From NCBI GenBank assembly GCA_950097015.1, contig CATNEN010000006.1, forward strand, positions 372,001 to 436,000: a DNA stretch of 64,000 nucleotides, given 5' to 3'. The notes below the pieces were generated by a model. The model had not been told where the DNA came from, ran no database searches, and saw only the letters and a program-made list of their open reading frames with translations. The DNA is from Macrostomum hystrix (lineage: Eukaryota; Animalia; Platyhelminthes). The stretch's first letter is position 1; the number at the start of each line of letters is the position of its first letter. A program made the position numbers and the translations under genes. Of this stretch, positions 38,901 through 50,181 are shown in pieces.

Positions 38901-41443
38901 CATTGCAGGCTGCCCCTAGTGCTATCCTATCTAAGAGGTTTCAGGCAAGCTAACACTGATCCTTCAGGCTTGAGGCTAGCTACCTCTGATCCTTCAGGCT
39001 AGCTACCTCTGATCCTTCAGGCTAGCTAACACTGATCCAGCATTTTGCTACAATTTCGGCCAACCCACCGGCTTCCTTAGAAAAGTGCAGCGCCAACTCG
39101 TAGCACTCAGCGCTGCTGTTGATCCGACGCAGGCGGGCGTTGCACAGCGCCATGCTGAGGTAGCAGTGGCCGAGGCCCTGACTGCTCGGAGTCACCGCGA
39201 GTCGGAACAGCCGCACGGCCTCGGTGTACTTGGCCAGCGCTTCTCGGTGACGACCCAGGGCGGTCAGCGCGCCGGCAGCGTTCTGTAGCAGCGCTGCTCG
39301 CTGAAAGGCTGTGTCGACACCGCTACTGCCTCCGGCGCCGCTTCCCGGCAGGCTGCCAACGGAGTGCATGGCTGAGGCGAATGCTTCAGCAGCGGCTGCG
39401 TACCTGAGAAGCCATAGCAAAAAAATTTTATATGAAACTTAGAGCAGGAAAAATAATAACCAAAAATCAGTAGTAGACATAGCTAAACATGGCACTCGGA
39501 TACTAAAAAATGGCGCACCGATACTAAAATTGCACTCAGATACTTAAAATGACACTTGTTTGAATTTTTTTATTACACCTGTCCCAATCGGGCCAGATGT
39601 GCAGCCGACAGCACAGCCGCAGCTATTGCGCTGCGCATCTGAAGGCTGCGTACGGCTGTTCAGTCCATGGACTGGGGGGACGCCACACCCACCTTCAATT
39701 ATCCCAGCTAATGCTGGTACCCATTTAACAGCTGGGTGAACTGAAGCAATGCAGAATTAAGTGTCTTGCTAAAGGACACAAATTGTATCAGTGGAGTCGG
39801 GAAACGAACCCCCGACCTTCAAGTCGTGAGTCCGACGCCCTAACCACTAGGCTACAACCTCTAGCCTCTAACCGCTACAACCTCATTTTTAGGAGACCGA
39901 AAATGTCACTCGGATACGAGCTACTAAAAATATGGCACTTCAAAAACTTAACCAGGCACTCGGATACTAAAAATGGCACTCGGATGCTAGAAATGAAAAT
40001 CCGATAGACAATGGCCCTAAGATACCTAAACTGGCAGTCAAGAACATAATTTATTTTCTAACCTGCTAGCCTGCATGTAGGTGAGACCGATCTCATTGAG
40101 CAGCTCCACGCGAGCCGACCTGCCCGGCACCAGGTGAGCCGCTGATTCGCACTCCGGCAGACCATCTAAAGGCTTGGCGTCGCCCAGACGGTGGCTGACC
40201 GCTGCGTGCTTCACCTGGCTGCGCAGGCGCCATTCGGTTAGCACCGGTTCCGACTGGCAAGCCTGCATGGCCGCCTGGTAGTAAGAGCGCGCCTCAGCGT
40301 AGCTGCCACGCGACTCGGCGTCACTGCGCAAGTAGTATGATACGCGTATAAATTATATGTTTAGCATTAGCATTCGTTTCTTTAGATTTTGTATTACCGA
40401 TATGTATCGAAAAACAGAACTTTCATGTTGACAGTTTTTGTGACTCTTTGTTTTCATAATTAACTGGCTCGCTTTAAGCGCTTTCATTTTTAGCCTCATG
40501 TTTACAACACCAATTACACTACGAATACTGGGCATTTTTTACTATAGGAAAATTTTTGGGTTAGTGATAACGGCCTAGCCAATACGAAGAGCGTGAGTGG
40601 GAGAGCGGTCTCTCCTCTCGCACCAAGGTCCCTGAGCTCGATTCCACGGCGAGGCCACATTCATTTGGGGCACAGCCGCCGAGAAAATACTTGGGGGGCT
40701 TGTCGTGCAATTTACGCCCTTGAGGGCCAACCTCCAAGGCACAGTGAGAGTGTACACTACCTGACGATGAGAAAGTCAAGGCAGATGTACACACCTGTGT
40801 GAGCGTGTGCCTGCGTACGGTATTAATGTGCATGTGTGCTCAAGAGTCAGCGGAATGGGCAGAATTGCCTCCTCGCTGTCTGCAGCCCTAGTAGCCGATA
40901 CGTATCGAAAAAAACCTGCTCGTCCATATTTATAAAAAGCGTTTTAAGGAGTTAATTTTCAGCGAATTGATTCGCCTCAAATTCTAACCTGGCAATTTTC
41001 ATTGCCACCTCGCACTGCAGCTGGGGCTTGTCCGCTCCGCCGTACAGCAGGAAGGCGGTCCGGTAGGCCTGCTGGGACGCGTCGGCATTGCCCAGTCGCT
41101 CGTGCGCCACTGCCAGGTTGAAGTGCACATCGGCCAGGTAGGGCACCGGCGGCTCGTCCCTCTCAGACGGCAGCACCAGTTGAAAATATTTCACCGCCTT
41201 CTCGCAGTCGCCGCGGGCAACGAGACAGGCGCCCAGGTTGAAGGCGCAGGCCCGGATTAGGGCGGCATCAGCGAGTCGCAGGGACAGGCGGTAGGCCCGC
41301 TGGTAGCAGTCCAACGCCTCCGAGGACTGCTTCGAGCGCAACCGCTGGCCGCCCTGACGTAGTTGGCTGTCAATTTCGTGGGCCCACTGCTGCTGCTGCT
41401 GCTGCTGTTTCTGCTGCTGCGCGGGCTTCTGCTGGCGGTTCAT
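25526..41443 (-). CDS. TTC24: TTC24-like tetratricopeptide-repeat protein, 12 exons, 1,000 aa, with polyQ exon and C-terminal CaaX
   Basis: Exons (minus strand): 41443-40989, 40323-40063, 39403-39069, 38842-38430, 37161-36986, 36592-36470, 34722-34597, 32934-32566, 30584-30437, 30177-29787, 27782-27698, 25646-25526. All have GT-AG boundaries and compatible phases, and total 3,003 nt with no internal stop. TPR motifs RACAFNLGACLV, DVHFNLAVAHERLG, ELLNEIGLTYMQ, LLQNAAGALTALG and QWQALEGLGA...EEVRARLAAKL align in order with vertebrate TTC24 as recalled. Confidence 0.85.
26711..27075 (-). mobile_element. tRNA-derived SINE (family A), full-length, with (TTA)n tail and 10-bp target-site duplication
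   Basis: Minus-strand head GGTGGCAGAGCGGTTAGC (A box) ... GTTCGATTCC (B box); the 3' end is a (TTA)n tail. CGAGTATAAT flanks both sides (26701-26710 and 27076-27085). Confidence 0.88.
27880..29700. repeat. ~26-28-bp TG-rich satellite (GTGTGTGTGTTGACGTCCTTCAAATC), TTC24 intron 10
   Basis: About 60-65 variant monomers filling almost the whole intron. Confidence 0.95.
30208..30390 (+). mobile_element. SINE family A, internal fragment
   Basis: GGCGAGGCCACATTCATTTG...GAGGGCCAACCTC...GATGAGAAAGTCAGGGCAGATGTACACACCTGTG matches the reverse complement of 26800-27015. Confidence 0.85.
31690..32222. repeat. ~142-bp tandem repeat, about 3.7 copies
   Basis: AAGAGTG(C)ACTTATCT recurs at ~31696, 31833, 31976 and 32118. 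Confidence 0.9.
32652..32925 (-). repeat. Interrupted (CAG)n tract encoding ~90 residues of polyQ (with R/P interruptions) in TTC24 exon 8
   Basis: Splice phase 2 selects the CAG frame: KERSQQQ...QRQQPQ...PLSHRSTSNDRDSPEF. Confidence 0.85.
33140..33241 (-). mobile_element. CORE-type SINE 5' fragment whose head is interrupted by a hAT insertion
   Basis: Minus strand reads GATTAGAGCTTCGGACTC...GGTCGGGGGTTCGATT (tRNA-like), then GTCCTTGATCAAGACACT (CORE-like). Confidence 0.6.
33242..34427. mobile_element. Non-autonomous hAT element (copy 1) carrying a 16-bp satellite
   Basis: Termini are CAAGGGTCGGCAAACT ... AGTTGGCCGACCCCGG, with subterminal GGCCCGCGGGCC. Flanks CTCTAATC / CTCTAATT form an 8-bp TSD (7/8 match). 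An internal GGGAGAGATGAGACAC array spans ~33335-34220. Confidence 0.82.
34468..34520. repeat. (TACTC)n microsatellite
   Basis: About 10 perfect pentamer units. Confidence 0.9.
34965..36152. repeat. 19-bp minisatellite (TTTATAAACTGGAGTGTC[A/C]), about 62 copies
   Basis: Homogeneous array in TTC24 intron 6. Confidence 0.97.
37228..38115. repeat. 23-bp minisatellite (AGGCTAGCTACCTCTGATCCTT[G/C]), about 38 copies
   Basis: Array in TTC24 intron 4; the same unit recurs at 38935-39038. Confidence 0.96.
38143..38300 (+). mobile_element. SINE family A, internally deleted copy
   Basis: Head remnant GCACCACGGTCCCTGAGCTCGATTCC is joined directly to the 3' half (GAGCGTGTGCCTGCGTAC...GTGTCACCAAATGATG). 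Confidence 0.82.
38935..39038. repeat. Short second array of the 23-bp unit, TTC24 intron 3
   Basis: About 4 units, same orientation as 37228-38115. Confidence 0.88.
39600..39856 (-). mobile_element. CORE-type tRNA-derived SINE (family B)
   Basis: Minus strand: GTAGCCTAGTGG (A box), GGTTCGTTTCCC (B box), then GTGTCCTTTAGCAAGACACTTAA...CAGCTGTTAAATGGGTACC, resembling the CORE-SINE central domain. Related fragments lie at ~3985-4040, ~26125-26160 and ~36800-36880. Confidence 0.75.
40590..40890 (+). mobile_element. SINE family A, near full-length, 3'-truncated
   Basis: Colinear with the reverse complement of 26780-27070. Confidence 0.85.
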
Positions 41444-44400
41444 TTCTCGCCTGATGTCGAAAATAAAATGCAAAAGGAGTTAAGGATGCATTTCTGTCAT
41501 TAACCAACTTTGCTATAATCAATGTGTTACGTTTGAAGAACACGAAGGCACTTGGGTTTATGAATTGAAGAAGGGCGTTATTTGAGCAGCTACAAATTGG
41601 CATGAGCACGAAGCTCGCTCTTATATTTCTTTACCCTTAAGGGCATTGAAGTTTCTAGCAAACAAGGTGTACGGTAACAATTTGCCCTGATGGCACATAG
41701 ACTACTTTTAGAAGAGAATAAATCTATGAATAATGTAGCATAGCATGCAGCATATGCAACACAATGTATTCTTCACTAGAATAGCCTCATTTGCAAAAAT
41801 ATAGAAAGAACACTAATAAACTGCAAAATAACATCTGTATACATCTTTAAAAATGATTTTATTACTGGTATTCCGAAAAATGGCCTAATTTGTCAATACA
41901 TAACATAGTGATTTTATAAAAAATGCTAAATGCAAAAAATATTACGTCTGTATATCTGGCCTTAAACCAAATTATATACTGATAGCATACATAAAATAAA
42001 CAGCATAATATAGAGCATGATAGAAAAAGCTATGGAGTAATTCTTAAATCATAAATAACTTTTTTGCAAAAAAAACTTTTTAATCTTTAGAATGAAAACG
42101 TATTGTTACTTCAAAAAATCATAGGTATACTTTTCAGTAGTTGCTTAGAAGGTTTAGACAGAAGGAGTATATGAGGTCTGGTAGCAGAGTAAAGGTTGGA
42201 AAATGCTTCAGAACACTTCTTTTTCGACATTGAGGTCTTAGGGTCAATACCATTGGAAAAGGAATAGATAATTTTTGTGTAATACATGGAAATGCGCTTT
42301 AATAATAGCTAAGACAAAATGTGTATTTCATATTAATTTTTTGCCTCAAAGCTGCTTTCTTCTGAGGCATATTATATTTATTAAAACCAAAGAGAAAGTT
42401 ATTCTCTGAAAATTTTATGACAACAATTGCATAGCCTTCGTTTTCGAGTGTTATAATTAGTCTGCAGAATAAGTGTTTGCTTCTCGAAACATAGGTTCAA
42501 AAAGAAAATTATTACTTTTAAGATTTTGACTTTTTTAATGTCCAAAAACATGCATACATGAATACGAAAAAATACGAACTTCTACTAATACGTTTGTTCA
42601 GCATTGAAAAATATTACTAAGTTCTAGTAATTTTTTTAAGATTCTTGGCATTTGAATCGATTTGAAATAAAGCGAATAATTGCTTATTCAAACATTATAT
42701 TGATAGGTAATGTGCCATAATCAATTTTATCCCATGAAAGACGATACATTAAATAATCAGCACAAAATATTATGTTGACAACAGCAATCGTCGCTTCAAT
42801 CTATCTCTGTTTAAAAAATCATTAACAAAAGGGCTTCATAAATAGTGATTCCCTGAATGTGCAGTAAAAATGAGTAAGTATCAGTGTCTCGCAATGGTAG
42901 AATTTGTTTAAACCGGTCTAATCTTGCTATTTAACGTGATCAATGTTTCATTTAAATAATTGTACACTGCAGTTCGAATGACGTTACTGAGTATTAAAAA
43001 ATAGTCTATACTTACACTGCAGCGGCTTATACTTGGTAAAAAACGAAAAAAATGCTTCAGAGTTTATCACTTAATACCAAAGTTACTATAATTGCATTAC
43101 GTCACCTAAAAGACATTTGTTGATCAGCTAGAGTGTTTTCATCATTGTCAATAAGTAAATTATTTTCTCTTCACGGTAGCTGCTTGTGTGTGCGTGCGTG
43201 TGTTTGTGGGTGTGTGTGGGTTTATGAGTTATAAAAAGATCAGCAAGAAGGATGTTGCCTAGAATACAAATGTTTGATATGCATGCTAATGAAGTAGTTC
43301 GTTGTGTTTTAATAAAAAAATATTTATCCTAGCTTATCATACGGCCAATTCGTAACAATTAGCAGTATGATGCCAACTAATGCTGCCAATTTGAGTGACA
43401 CTTAGTTTCTGAGGCAACTTTTCTTTTGATAATTCGCTTGATATGTTCACTAAAGCGTGAAGATTACCTTCTCAATTGAATCTGCATGTGCACTTTTCAT
43501 GAGAGCGAAAGCTACATACCTATATGTGTAGTGTTTATCTTCTATCCCAATGCCTTAGTTGCAATAGAGTTAGTTAGAGACAGTTGAGTTAGAGACAAGA
43601 CAACTTGTTGTGAAATGGCTGCCATTGATTAGGCACCAAGGAGAGTTCACAGGCCAATGCGTACCATACCATGCCAGCATCAGCGTGATAAAAACTGCAT
43701 GCTTTCCCATATAAGTCGCGCAGTAATTAATTTAGCTTAAAAAAGCAGCATTGGGGAATTGCGACCTTTATGTCTGGAAAGTGTGAGCGGACGCGAGTTA
43801 AAGATATATAGACAGACAATAAATTAAAATGTCTCATACAGTACTGAGGGTAGCGGGAAAATTGTTTGTACTCTGAATAGTAGCAAATTACTAAATATAC
43901 AAATTCATCTATTATAAAATCATAAGTTGCATTTTGGCATAGCGAATTTCCAGATATACAATAGAACACTATAATGACCAATATACAGCATATGAAGGAC
44001 AAAATATGTTAAGGTATATAGCCTTCTGTACCATTTGCGCTATGGTCGTACAACAATGGCCCGAATTCTACACTGGACACAAGTGGGTCCACCAATGTTT
44101 ACAAGAACCCATATATAGAGTCCACTAATTACTGTTAAAAGTGGGAAGCATACAGTCTCTTCAGTTGTCTAATTAAGTACCATAACCTCCTCTATGTTTT
44201 GATTGTTATGACAAGTCTCGAGGACTAAACGACGGCAAAATTAGGATTAACCACTCGACAAAAAGCGTCACTATACACTTTGGGTCCCGATCGCTGTGGT
44301 TGGGCCGCTATTTATACTTTCTCCACTACTGCAGGAATATCTGAAATTGGGCGGTTACAAGCCCTAGCTATAATAGCCTGCAGTACTTAGCCTTCGCCAG

Positions 44401-45074
44401 GAAGGAAGCTGCGTCCATTGCATCAGCAATTGGAAGTCATGCGCGTGAACTGCAGTAACTCTGTAAGCATTATCGACATCAACGAGTGGGGGCCCGACAG
44501 ACAAAGAGACTGAGCAATGCCAGTGAAGAATTGTGCTTGGAAATCCGACGATCAATGGGTTGAATATAGATCATGTAGGTAGGAAGACATGAGAAAAAGC
44601 ATCACTATAATAGTCACCGGCAGTCTGAGCCATTTTGCTATCGTCCAATCGGTCCCAGAAGCATGAGAGCGGCCTCCCCTCTCCATGAGCTGCAATTGTG
44701 CTTCGGGCAAACCCCGCATCAGCGATCGCCGATTTGCTGCTAGGCGATGAGCGCGTCGCCCACATCCACCCGCCAACCACCGGCCCACCGAGTGTTTGCT
44801 CTCGTCGCGATCGCTGGTTGTATTTGCTTAAAAGCCGGCAGCACAGATCTGTATGGCGCTCTGCTTACAACAAGACTGATATAGGCTTTCTTTTTTGTTC
44901 TCAAGAAATTGAATTGTTACTGTTGCACTACCGGGAAAACCGGGGCTCTGACAGGTAAAGATTCAGTTTTTGCTCAATTTCCAACTTGTCGACTGTTAAC
45001 ACTGCACAACTTTTATGCCCAATATCATTTTAAAGATTGCTGAAAACCAGTCAGCCCTTCAAGAAAACTATAGA

Positions 45075-45644
45075 ATGGCAATGAGACAGTCGCTAGTGCA
45101 GCTGTTGTGTGTGCTTCTCCTTTGCCCTGCAGCTGTTGTACTTGCCGAAGAGACAATCAACGGTATGTCTCTCTGAGATAGTTGTTGAAATAGTTGGTAT
45201 ATCAACAAGCCCCAATTTAGTAGCTTGCGCTATTATCATTATTTCTACTTAAATTTCCCACACACAATGTCAGAGGAAGACATCGGTGAGATCTTGGATC
45301 AGCTGAGCCGCATTAGAGCTGCTGAAAAGGCCGACGAAGAAGTCCGAGGACACTCTATGGACACATCGGACGAAGCTGGTTCGATGTACAGCCAAGCCGC
45401 CAAGCGTGGAACTACGTTCCGTTGGGGCAAGAGGCAAAGCGGTGTGTTCCGTTGGGGCAAGCGTCCAAGCGGTGTGTTCCGTTGGGGCAAACGTCCAAGC
45501 GGTGTGTTTCGCTGGGGCAAGCGTCCAAGCGGTGTGTTCCGTTGGGGCAAGCGTCCAAGCGGTGTGTTCCGTTGGGGTAAACGTCCCAGCGGTGTGTTCC
45601 GTTGGGGCAAAAGGTCATCCGCTCTAGACTTCAACAATGCGTGA
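45075..45644 (+). CDS. Prepro-neuropeptide encoding seven FRW-amide peptides (152 aa, 2 coding exons)
   Basis: Exon 1 (45075-45162) encodes the signal-peptide-like MAMRQSLVQLLCVLLLCPAAVVLA-EETIN and ends at a phase-1 GTATGT donor. Exon 2 (45274-45644) has an acidic spacer, then KR-GTTFRWG-KR-QSGVFRWG-KR-(PSGVFRWG-KR)x5-SSALDFNNA*. Dibasic sites and the C-terminal Gly are convertase and amidation signals. A probable 5' UTR intron spans 44955-45073. Confidence 0.93.
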
Positions 45645-46219
45645 TGAACACTAATAAAATGTATAAGCCTTTTGTCAGCGAGTCTCAAGCCGTTAATATT
45701 CCATGGACTGGCAGTGTTCAAAGAATTAAAACTATTGTGAACCAAAATATATAATCCCTGTTCTAATTGATTCGAATTTCTGCACTTTGACGGCACCAAG
45801 CATAGGAAGTGCTTGCATTGCCAAGAGAGCATTGTTTAGTGCAGCATAAGAAGTGGATATAGATGCTTTAGACCTTATTTTCGCGATAATTTTAAACTGA
45901 AATTTATAAAAATAACTATGTCTTGTCTATAAATAGAAAAATATAGAAAAAAATAATTTGAACCCTGAAAACCACCATATGCTACCGACAATTGCAAATA
46001 AAATAGCTATCGGCCTCGTCTAAAGGCAGACACAAATTAATCAGGTAAACGTTGAGCGGCACTAAAACAAGTTATTTTTTTAAAGAGAGCTAACAAATAA
46101 ATGAAGGATCGATAAAGCTACAAACGCTCTTTAATGTAAAGCTGCTTTGTACGAGTAGATCAAGTAAGGGAAGTGAGGGAGAGAGTTGTGAGTAAGAGAG
46201 ACTGCAGCTGGATAGTAGG

Positions 46220-49080
46220 AAGTTAACTTGAGTGTGAGGGAGAGAGTTGGAGAGTGAGGGAGAGAGTTGGAGAGTGAGGGAGAGAGTTGGAGAGTGAGGG
46301 AGAGAGTTGGAGAGTGAGGGAGAGAGTTAGAGAGTGAGGGAGAGAGTTGGAGAGTGAGGGAGAGAGTTGGAGAGCGAGGGAGAGAGTTGGAGAGTGAGGG
46401 AGAGAGTTGGAGAGTGAGGGAGAGAGTTGGAGAGTGAGGGAGAGAGTTGGAGAGTGAGGGAGAGAATTGGAGAGTGAGGGAGAGAGTTGGAGAGTGAGGG
46501 AGAGAGTTGGAGAGTGAGGGAGAGAGTTGGAGAGTGAGGGAGAGAGTTGGAGAGTGAGGGAGAGAGTTGGAGAGTGAGGGAGAGAGTTGGAGAGTGAGGG
46601 AGAGAGTTAGAGAGTGAGGGAGAGAGTTGGAGAGTGAGGGAGAGAGTTGGAGAGTGAGGGAGAGAGTTGGAGAGTGAGGGAGAGAGTTAGAGAGTGAGGG
46701 AGAGAGTTGGAGAGTGAGGGAGAGAGTTGGAGAGCGAGGGAGAGAGTTGGAGAGTGAGGGAGAGAGTTGGAGAGTGAGGGAGAGAGTTGGAGAGTGAGGG
46801 AGAGAGTTGGAGAGTGAGGGAGAGAATTGGAGAGTGAGGGAGAGAGTTGGAGAGTGAGGGAGAGAGTTGGAGAGTGAGGGAGAGAGTTGGAGAGTGAGGG
46901 AGAGAGTTGGAGAGTGAGGGAGAGAGTTGGAGAGTGAGGGAGAGAGTTGGAGAGTGAGGGAGAGAGTTAGAGAGTGAGGGAGAGAGTTGGAGAGTGAGGG
47001 AGAGAGTTGGAGAGTGAGGGAGAGAGTTGGAGAGTGAGGGAGAGAGTTGGAGTGTGAGGGAGAGAGTTGGGGTGTGACGGAGAGAGTTGGGGTGTGAGGG
47101 AGAGAGCTGGAGAATGCGGAAGAGAGCTGGAGAATGAGGGAGAGAGTTGGAGAGTGAGGGAGAGAGCTGGGGTGTGAGGGAGAGAGCTGGAGAATGAGGA
47201 AAAGAGCTGGAGAATGAGGGAGAGAGTTGGAGAGTGAGGGAGAGAGCTGGGGTGTGAGGGAGAGAGCTGGAGAATGAGTAAGAGAGCTGGAGAATGAGGG
47301 AGAGAGTTGGAGAGTGAGGGAGAGAGTTGGAGTGTGAGGGAGAGAGTTGGATTTTGAGGGAGAGAGTTGGAGAGTGAGGGAGAGAGTTGTGAGTAAGAGA
47401 GACTGCAGCTGGATAGTAGGAAGTTAACTTGAGTGTGAGGGAGAGAGTTGGAGAGTGAGGGAGAGAGTTGGAGAGTGAGGGAGAGAGTTGGAGAGTGAGG
47501 GAGAGAGTTGGAGAGTGAGGGAGAGAGTTAGAGAGTGAGGGAGAGAGTTGGAGAGTGAGGGAGAGAGTTGGAGAGCGAGGGAGAGAGTTGGAGAGTGAGG
47601 GAGAGAGTTGGAGAGTGAGGGAGAGAGTTAGAGAGTGAGGGAGAGAGTTGGAGAGTGAGGGAGAGAGTTGGAGAGTGAGGGAGAGAGTTGGAGAGTGAGG
47701 GAGAGAGTTGGAGAGTGAGGGAGAGAGTTGGAGAGTGAGGGAGAGAGTTGGAGAGTGAGGGAGAGAGTTGGAGAGTGAGGGAAAGAGTTAGAGAGTGAGG
47801 GAGAGAGTTGGAGAGTGAGGGAGAGAGTTGGAGAGTGAGGGAGAGAGTTGGAGTGTGAGGGAGAGAGTTGGATTTTGAGGGAGAGAGATTGAGAGTGAGG
47901 GAGAGAGTTGGGGTGTGACGGAGAGAGTTAAGGTGTGAGGGAGAGAGCTGGAGAATGCGGAAGAGAGCTGGAGAATGAGGGAGAGAGTTGGAGAGTGAGG
48001 GAGAGAGCTGGGGTGTGAGGGAGAGAGCTGGAGAATGAGGAAAAGAGCTGGAGAGTGAGGGAGAGAGTTGGAGAGTGAGGGAGAGAGCTGGGGTGTGAGG
48101 GAGAGAGCTGGAGAATGAGTAAGAGAGCTGGAGAATGAGGGAGAGAGTTGGAGAGTGAGGGAGAGAGTTGGAGTGTGAGGGAGAGAGTTGGATTTTGAGG
48201 GAGAGAGTTGGAGAGTGAGGGAGAGAGTTGGGGAGTGAGGGAGAGAGCTGGAGTTTGAGGGAGAGAGTTGGAGTGTGAGCGTGGAAGAGTGAGGGAGAGA
48301 GTTAGAGAGTGAGGGGGAGAGTTGGAGAGTGAGGGAGAGAGTTGGAGAGTGAGGGAGAGAGTTGGAGAGTGAGGGAGAGAATTGGAGAGTGAGGGAGAGA
48401 GTTGGAGAGTGAGGGAGAGAGTTGGAGAGTGAGGGAGAGAGTTGGAGAGTGAGGGAGAGAGTTGGAGAGTGAGGGAGAGAGTTGGAGAGTGAGGGAGAGA
48501 GTTGGAGAGTGAGGGAGAGAGTTAGAGAGTGAGGGAGAGAGTTGGAGAGTGAGGGAGAGAGTTGGAGAGTGAGGGAGAGAGTTGGAGAGTGAGGGAGAGA
48601 GTTGGAGTGTGAGGGAGAGAGTTGGGGTGTGACGGAGAGAGTTGGGGTGTGAGGGAGAGAGCTGGAGAATGCGGAAGAGAGCTGGAGAATGAGGGAGAGA
48701 GTTGGAGAGTGAGGGAGAGAGCTGGGGTGTGAGGGAGAGAGCTGGAGAATGAGGAAAAGAGCTGGAGAATGAGGGAGAGAGTTGGAGAGTGAGGGAGAGA
48801 GCTGGGGTGTGAGGGAGAGAGCTGGAGAATGAGTAAGAGAGCTGGAGAATGAGGGAGAGAGTTGGAGAGTGAGGGAGAGAGTTGGAGTGTGAGGGAGAGA
48901 GTTGGATTTTGAGGGAGAGAGTTGGAGAGTGAGGGAGAGAGTTGGGGAGTGAGGGAGAGAGCTGGAGTTTGAGGGAGAGAGTTGGAGTGTGAGCGTGGAA
49001 GAGTAAGGGAGAGAGTGGAAGAGTGAGGGGGAGTTGGATAGTGAGGAAGAGAGCTGAGGAGTGTGGGAGAGAGCTGGGGA
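46220..49080. repeat. 20-bp purine-rich satellite (GAGGGAGAGAGTTGGAGAGT) with higher-order duplications
   Basis: About 140 monomers; a unique linker recurs at ~46185-46235 and ~47385-47440. Confidence 0.97.
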
Positions 49081-50181
49081 GTGAGGCGGAATGCTGCTCA
49101 GTGAGGTGGGGTGCTGGGTAGAGGTCTACTCTATTGATTAATAGGATCTGAGTTGCAGCTGAGAAATGGCAAAAATTAAAAAGGCTGCTTGGTTAAGATG
49201 ATCAACCAGTGGGCCCGATAAAAATGCTTTCAAAAGAGATTTCTCTCTTCTTTCCGCGTCTACATTTGGCACAAGCACGCAAGCAGCTCAGGCCTTTTAA
49301 AATACTTGTTGGCGGGGATTTAAATCTCTTCTACTGAGATACCGATTAGCATGCTGCTAAAATACACCCCAAACACATTGAATAAGCAGCTTTTGTTTGT
49401 TATCATCTGCGTCTGAGACAAAGCGGAAACTGCCGCTGGAACTAGCTGAAGCATTGTTTCAGTAATTCATTCGGAAATGCTTTAAGCGATTTGTTTGTTT
49501 AAAGAGGCTGACGTCACAGATTCGAGAGAGGCGCGCCTGTATTTGTCCGCCAATGTAAGTCGATAGATTTCCTATTATAGACGCAACCCATATGAGAGAC
49601 AATCAAAGCTTAGAGCTGATTTTTGGTCTACATTTTTTGGATTTTTAAGATGGATTTAGATTAAATGTAGACGATAATGACGGAAATTTTTTAGGCTCGC
49701 TGAGGGTACAGATGATGCTGGTGAAGCAGCGGCAACAATCGGATTTGATTCAGCAAATCGTACTCGCATGTTTGGGCAATGCTTAAATATCATCCCCCTG
49801 GAGGCCTGCTAAAAGCGTCCGTTTTATCCGCGAAACATTATTCCCGGAGCTTTGCAGAGATTGGTGAGAGATTCTCGCGAAGAGAATGACAGGCTTGATT
49901 GAAGGGCCCGATGGGGAGTTATCTTCGGGATGCTCACAATGATTGAGACTGCAGGCTGGGTGAGTGTTCTTCCAATTTGACAAGTCGGCTCGACCCCCAA
50001 ATACGAGAGGTTTAATAGTGTCTGCAGGCATTCTACATACTGAAATCTAAGCCAGCGCATAAACATTTCGAAACACTTGATAAACATTTTCGAATGCTAA
50101 AAACCACACTCGCAGGCACGAAGGCAGACACAGCAATTAAGATAAAGCAGAAATCGAGCACGAGGAGGGCACTGTCTATGG

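Noticed and set aside
44552-44788. 78-aa minus-strand ORF with a hydrophobic C-terminal stretch, upstream of the neuropeptide gene
   Set aside because: No recognisable homology or clear gene signals; it could be a small membrane protein but cannot be supported without expression data.
45299-45832. Repetitive antisense and alternate ORFs over the neuropeptide repeats
   Set aside because: By-products of the 30-nt coding repeat.
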